Below the pieces are notes generated by a model that did not search any database, was not told where the DNA came from, and saw only the letters and a list, made by a program, of their open reading frames with translations. This document shows positions 58,097 through 64,000 of a stretch of DNA of 64,000 bases, one piece after another. The stretch is taken from positions 3,906,001 through 3,970,000 of the forward strand of contig OZ024748.1 of assembly GCA_964016885.1 (NCBI GenBank). The letters are read 5' to 3'. Source of the DNA: Eledone cirrhosa (Eukaryota). The position numbers were made by a program, and so were the translations under genes. The first letter of the stretch is position 1. Every line of letters begins with the position of its first letter.

Positions 58097-59307
58097 TTGT
58101 GCATATTTGAATATGTGTATATATATATATATGTGTGTGTATGACAGGATGGGAGTAATTCGATTTTGAAGCAACTTTTGTTTTCTCATTCCCTTTCCAG
58201 ACACTTTCTTTCTTTCTTTCTTTCTTAATCCCTTATATGTTTCATTTCCTTACTCTCTATCTTTCCTCACCAACAATGCACCACATACATACATACATGC
58301 ATACATACATATATACATAAATACATAATTCATGCACACAGACACCCACACAGACACATATATATATACACACACATATATATATATATATATACACATC
58401 CATACATACATTCATTCGCATAAACATAAACACCACACATCACAGACACAAAGAATACACACATACATTCACATTCACACACAGTCACACATACTTATAG
58501 TCACACACACACACAAACACAAACAAAAACACACACACGCAGACAGTCACACACATATATACACACAGATCCATATATACACACAGACACACACACATAT
58601 ATACACAGCCACACACATATATACACAGCCACACACATATACACACAGACACACACATATACACACAGACCCACACATATATACACACAGATCCATATGC
58701 ACACATATATACACACATCCATACACACACAGACACACACACATATACACATAGCCATATATACACACATATACACACACTCTATTTAGCATAAGGTCAT
58801 TAGACACAACAGATTGTTAACTAAAGACTCCGCCATATTTCAACCATCCATCATACTTAAAGAGAGAATAACGACGCCATGTTTGCTAGCGGAAACTAAA
58901 CCCTTTCACCTTCCTATACTTTTATATACACTATTATATTCTACACCATTGTCTTCTATTGTACTCTATATACTCTATTAGGTTATTATACTCTATAGAG
59001 CTCATGTGTACTCTATTGTATTGTACTCTATTTTTTTATATTCTACACCATTGTTTTCTATTGTATTGTACTCTATATACTGTATATATTGTACTCTATA
59101 TACTCTATTAGGTCATACACTATTATACTCTATAGAGCTCATGTGTACTCTATTCTATTTTAGTGTACTCTATTCGATTATGTTCTATGTACCCTGTTAT
59201 CTTCTGTTGTATTCTACAGTCTATACTCTATCTATTGTACTCTATTGAGCTCATGTGTACTCTGTTGTATTCTATTGTACTCTATATACTCTATTGTATT
59301 ATACGAG

Positions 59308-59440
59308 AAGTGGCGAATTGGCAGAGTCGTTATAACGTAGGAGAGAACGCTTTGTAGTTTTCGTTCCGACTCTCTGAACTCTCTCAGTTCAAATCCCGCG
59401 AAGGTCAACTTTGCCTTTCATCCATTCGAAGTCGATAATA
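59308..59440 (+). mobile_element. decayed Meta-like SINE
   Basis: TGGCAGAGTCGT..AGTTCAAATCCC..TTGCCTTTCATCC. Confidence 0.65.
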
Positions 59441-59524
59441 TTTTGAATTATTTATGTATATATATATGTTTCTATATCTATACGTGTGCATATGTTGTTA
59501 TTACACCTAACTATTTATCTATCT

Positions 59525-59770
59525 AGACAAAAGAGGGAAGAAAGGAACATCTACAAAAGGTGCTCCTGGTGTTGAGGGTTGTTCTATCCACGGGGGTAAA
59601 GCCCCGCAGTAACGTTGCCCTATTGGGTATTTCGATTGTTATTTTATTTTAATATAAAGTTTATTTTAATTTATTACTGTTAAAGGTTACACAACTTTCA
59701 TGTAAAACCCCCGCTGTCACGTCTTGTAATGTCCCATTTCTTGTGCGCCCTTGTGGCAAATAAAAAAACA
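59525..59770 (+). mobile_element. diverged Tx1 3' UTR copy
   Basis: Ends TTGTGCGCCCTTGTGGCAAATAAAAAAACAT then (ATCT)n; preceded by TATCTATCTA. Confidence 0.7.
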
Positions 59771-59790
59771 TATCTATCTATCTATCTATC

Positions 59791-60030
59791 TCAGCCTGTA
59801 TGTGAAAAAGATGGAAGAACAAGGGAGCACCCTCTCTCTGTGCTCCTGAGGAGAAGGGTTGCACACTTTTTCGGGGGTGTGTGCAACCCCCCAAAACACC
59901 TCCTCCCTATTGAGGATTTTATTGTTAATTTTATATTTGTTATTGTTTTTTTTTACTCGTTCTTTTGTGTAAACTCCCCCCTTTGTAATTGTCCCCTTCT
60001 TTTGCGCCCTCGTGGCAATAAATAGGAACA
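59791..60030 (+). mobile_element. Tx1 3' UTR copy
   Basis: Shares GGAGCAC..GTGCTCC and TTGCACACTTTTTCGGGGGTGTGTGCAACCCC with 45308-45377; (ATCT)n on both sides. Confidence 0.85.
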
Positions 60031-60100
<70 letters not shown>

Positions 60101-60236
60101 GCTAGCTAACTATCTATCTATCCATATCCCCCCTCCCTCTCTATCCAACCATCCATCCATCTCTCTTTATCTCTCTGTCTTTTTCTCTCTCTCAATGCAA
60201 TCCTTCTCCCAATCCATTCACCCCCCCCCCCCCCGC

Positions 60237-60278
<42 letters not shown>

Positions 60279-60645
60279 GATATATATCTGTTCTCCTATC
60301 TGTCTTTACTTATACATTTCTCTCTCTCTCTCACTATATATATATATCCATTCTATCTATCTATCTATCTATCTATCTATCCAACCATCTTTCCATCTAT
60401 CTATTTATCTATCTAGTGTGAGTTCAAAGTTGAGTGATGAAAGGATGTAGTCAGCCGGAACATGGATGTTGTATTGACTCAATAACAGACATTAAAGAGA
60501 AAAGAGGTCAAGACGGGTGAAACTTTATTTCGAAATATGATTGGATCATAATTATTGTGAAATCGGAAAGTTGCCTGATTCCAGATCTATCGGAGCCAAA
60601 CAGCAATAATATTTGGGAGGCACACACACACACACACACACACAC

Positions 60646-60691
<46 letters not shown>

Positions 60692-60852
60692 CTAGGTGTG
60701 TGTATGTTGTATATGTATATATATATAAATATATATATATATATCTATCTATATCTCCTATATATATTTACAAATATATATCCCATCACACATGTAAGCA
60801 CGTGCCCTCACACATATACATATATATACACATATATATTTATTTAAATTTA

Positions 60853-60952
<100 letters not shown>

Positions 60953-61391
60953 TGTGTGTGTGTGTATGTGTGTATGTGTGTGTGTGTGTCTGTGAAGGAT
61001 CGCGGCATAGTTATTAGTATATATGTGTGTATGCGTGCGAAGGATCACGTCTTACTCATTGCTGTATTGGTGTGGCGATCGTAATGTTGTGAGTTCGATC
61101 CACCATAGCTGGGACCAGACAGCTATCCCATCCTGAGAGGAATCTTGTACATACATGCATACAGACAAATATATACACACACGTGCATAGATAGATAGAT
61201 AGATAGATAGATAGAGAGATAGATAGATAGATAGATAGATTTAGTAAAAAGAAATACACAATCCCGATAAGCTGAAATACCCCGGAAACAATAGTAAATT
61301 GTTTTTTATTCTTGCTAAAGGTGGATCAAAAGGATGACGTTGGTTGTCTAGAAAACACAGGGTGTTATGAGGCTGTTTGCTTGCAAAATGT

Positions 61392-61455
<64 letters not shown>

Positions 61456-61586
61456 ATATAAATTTCTCTCTTTATGTATATATATATAAGAGATGGCAAC
61501 ATGAATGGACGTGTTATTTTTCTCTAAAAACATTTTTTCCGATTCCACCCTGCCTGCCCCCTCTATCGTTCTAATTTCTCATTCTT

Positions 61587-61622
61587 TCTTCTGATGAAGG
61601 ACTAACATCCGAAACATTAAGA
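61587..61622 (+). ncRNA. minimal hammerhead ribozyme motif
   Basis: TCTT-CTGATGA-AGGA-CTAACA-TCC-GAAA-CATT-AAGA; stem III likely decayed from ACGT. Confidence 0.65.
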
Positions 61623-61761
61623 CCCTCTTTCTGCTATTTCAAGCGTTAACCTAATATATACCTTCTCCATATACTGATATATATATACATACATACATAC
61701 AAACACACGCACACACACACACACACATATATATATATGTATATGTGTGTGTATATATATA

Positions 61762-61920
61762 TAACAAAGGAATTGTGGTAAGGAACCAGATGGACCATAA
61801 CGAACCAGAGTACTCAATACTTAGGTAGTAGAGTGGGAAATAGGAAAAAGTATGACCCCGACGGCAGAGCTTAAGCCGTTTCGACGGCTTGAGCTCTGCC
61901 GTCGGGGTCATACTTTTTCC

Positions 61921-61922
<2 letters not shown>
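61762..61922 (-). mobile_element. fold-back element family, copy 8 (centre collapsed)
   Basis: Near-palindrome 61841-61922 turning at GCCGTT-TC-GACGGC. Confidence 0.9.
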
Positions 61923-61952
<30 letters not shown>

Positions 61953-61978
61953 TATATACATATATGTATATATATATG

Positions 61979-62015
<37 letters not shown>

Positions 62016-62184
62016 TTATATACATACATACATATATATAATAAGAATATTTTCGAAACAGCGAGCGGGTTTGAAATTATCATAAATATAAGCTATCGCC
62101 GTATTTTGACTAAAGAAATTAAAGAAATTACTTAGCCTGATATTGGGGTTAAGAACCCTCGGAGAAATGGAAAAAGATGAGTAT

Positions 62185-62256
62185 TGACGTACATGGGAGT
62201 CGAACCCACATCTTTGGTTATCCAGACCACCGTGCTACCATTTACACCAACACATC
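62185..62256 (-). pseudogene. tRNA-like cloverleaf with anticodon GGA; probable repeat-borne pseudo-tRNA
   Basis: GATGTGT/GTACGTC acceptor, GTGT/GCAC D stem, TGGT-CTGGATA-ACCA, GTGGG-TTCGACT-CCCAT T arm. Confidence 0.6.
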
Positions 62257-63927
62257 ACTGTTATATATATATGCATATAAATATATATATATATAACAGA
62301 GATATATTTGACATTGACATGAACGCAAACATCTTACAGATTCGTACTTAGTGGGTTCTTTGTTGTTATTGTTTTTATTATTGTTGTTGTTGCTGTTGTT
62401 AATTGTTATTGTTATTGTAGATATTATTGTTGTTATCGGTGTTGTTATTGTTGTTGTTATTATTGTTCTTGTTACTGTTGTTGTTGTTTCTATTGTTGAT
62501 ATTGTTGCTATTGCTGTTGTTACTCATATTGTTGTTGTTGTTACTGTTTTTGTTATTGCTGTTGTTGTTATTGTTATTGCTTTTGCTATTGCTACTGTTG
62601 TTGTCGTAGTTGCTACTGTTACTGTTGTTATTACAGTTGTTGTTGCTGTTGTTGTTTCTGTTGATGTCGTCGCTGCTACTGTTGTTGTTGTTGTTGTTAC
62701 TGTTGCTGTTACTGTTGTTGTAGTGTACCAAAGAGCCTTACCTCTCAGACATTCTTCCAGTGACATTTAAATCATTAGCCATTCTCTAATGAATGTGTTC
62801 TACTGTGCTGGAGATGTCGGTTCTAATCTATATCAGTCGCTCTCCTATCTTAAGAGACACTATTATTTACTTCTAGCAAAGACGCCATATAAAGTCACAA
62901 AAGTCTTCGTTTTTCTTGCCAATTGATATACTTTACATTACATCCTACCTATATCGTCTTCTCGTTGTTATTGCTGTTGTTGTGTTTGTTGTTATATTAG
63001 CTAATGTTTTTGTCGTTGTTGTTGGTGTTGTTGTTATTGAAGTTGTTGGTGTTGTTGTTATATTAGCTAATGTTTTTGTCGTTGTTGTTGGTGTTGTTGT
63101 TATTGAAGTTGTTGGTGTTGTTGTTGGTGTTGTTGTTGGTGTTGTTGTTATATTAGCTAATGTTTTTGTCGTTGTTATTGCTGTAGTTGTTATTGAAGTT
63201 CTTGTGTTCTTGTTGTTGGTGATGTTGTTGGTGCCGATACAACAATAATCATAATTTGTAAATAGCCCTTTTCTCTCTCTTTCTCAGTCCTTTCCTCTCG
63301 CCATTTTAATCTCTGCCTCTCTACCCCCCTCTCTCTCTCTCTATCTATCTATCTGTCTATTTGCCTGTCTGTATATATATCTTACCAGATTCATACGCGC
63401 ATATCATATACATACATATATGTATATACGCATACAAGCGCATATACACATACACACATACATACACATATACACATACATATACATGCAAAGAAACACA
63501 AACACACACATACAAACTCATACTCAGAAACAGACACACGCAAATACACGTACAAATACACACCAGACATCCACAAATACACATTTACTTACAAAAACAC
63601 ATACATACACACATACACAAACACATACACACGTACACATAAATACGCACACATATACACACATTCATGCACACACACACACAGCTCCATATACACACAT
63701 ATACACAGTAATTAGTCATTAATGAGGTATAAATAAGATTTTAATATCTGTAGCGGGAAAATAAAATATTCTATACACAACACCTATAGTGACAACCACC
63801 CACATATATATATTATATATACATTATATATACATTATATATACATTATATATTCATTATAATATATATTATAATATATAAGCACGTAGATCCATAATAA
63901 AAATAGATGTCCAACTATGTATGTATG

Positions 63928-63963
63928 CAGGGTGTCCCAAAAAATGTATACACATTTCAACAG
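63928..63963 (+). mobile_element. solo Tc1/mariner-type MITE terminal repeat
   Basis: CAGGGTGTCCCAAAAAATGTATACACA matches the end at ~13677-13703. Confidence 0.5.
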
Positions 63964-64000
63964 TATTCTAATATATATATATATATATACACACACACAC

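Overview
Eukaryotic, microsatellite-saturated DNA ((TA)n, (CA)n, (CAC)n, (ATCT)n). The SINE families resemble octopod cephalopod repeats (recalled, not searched). No host gene can be securely annotated, and nearly all ORFs in the supplied track are translations of simple repeats. The one intact coding unit is a full-length Tx1-clade LINE (~39711-45503; ORF1 with a CCHC knuckle, ORF2 with APE endonuclease, RT and CCHC). It and four diverged 5'-truncated relatives all sit in (ATCT)n, in two tandem stacks, which suggests a (GATA)n-targeting family with covarying 3'-UTR stem-loops. A second layer is Penelope-like: about 8 near-intact and many decayed minimal hammerhead ribozymes, a 1.6-kb inverted pseudo-LTR pair, a GIY-YIG remnant, and an 8-copy (TA)n-embedded fold-back element whose arms match within a copy but differ between copies. 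Also present: RTE-derived bipartite elements, R4/RLE, RTE and mariner fossils, SINEs, a tRNA-like cloverleaf with a GGA anticodon, and an 86 x 30-bp minisatellite with apparent precursor units beside it. Coordinates were counted by eye, so edges may be off by a few bases.
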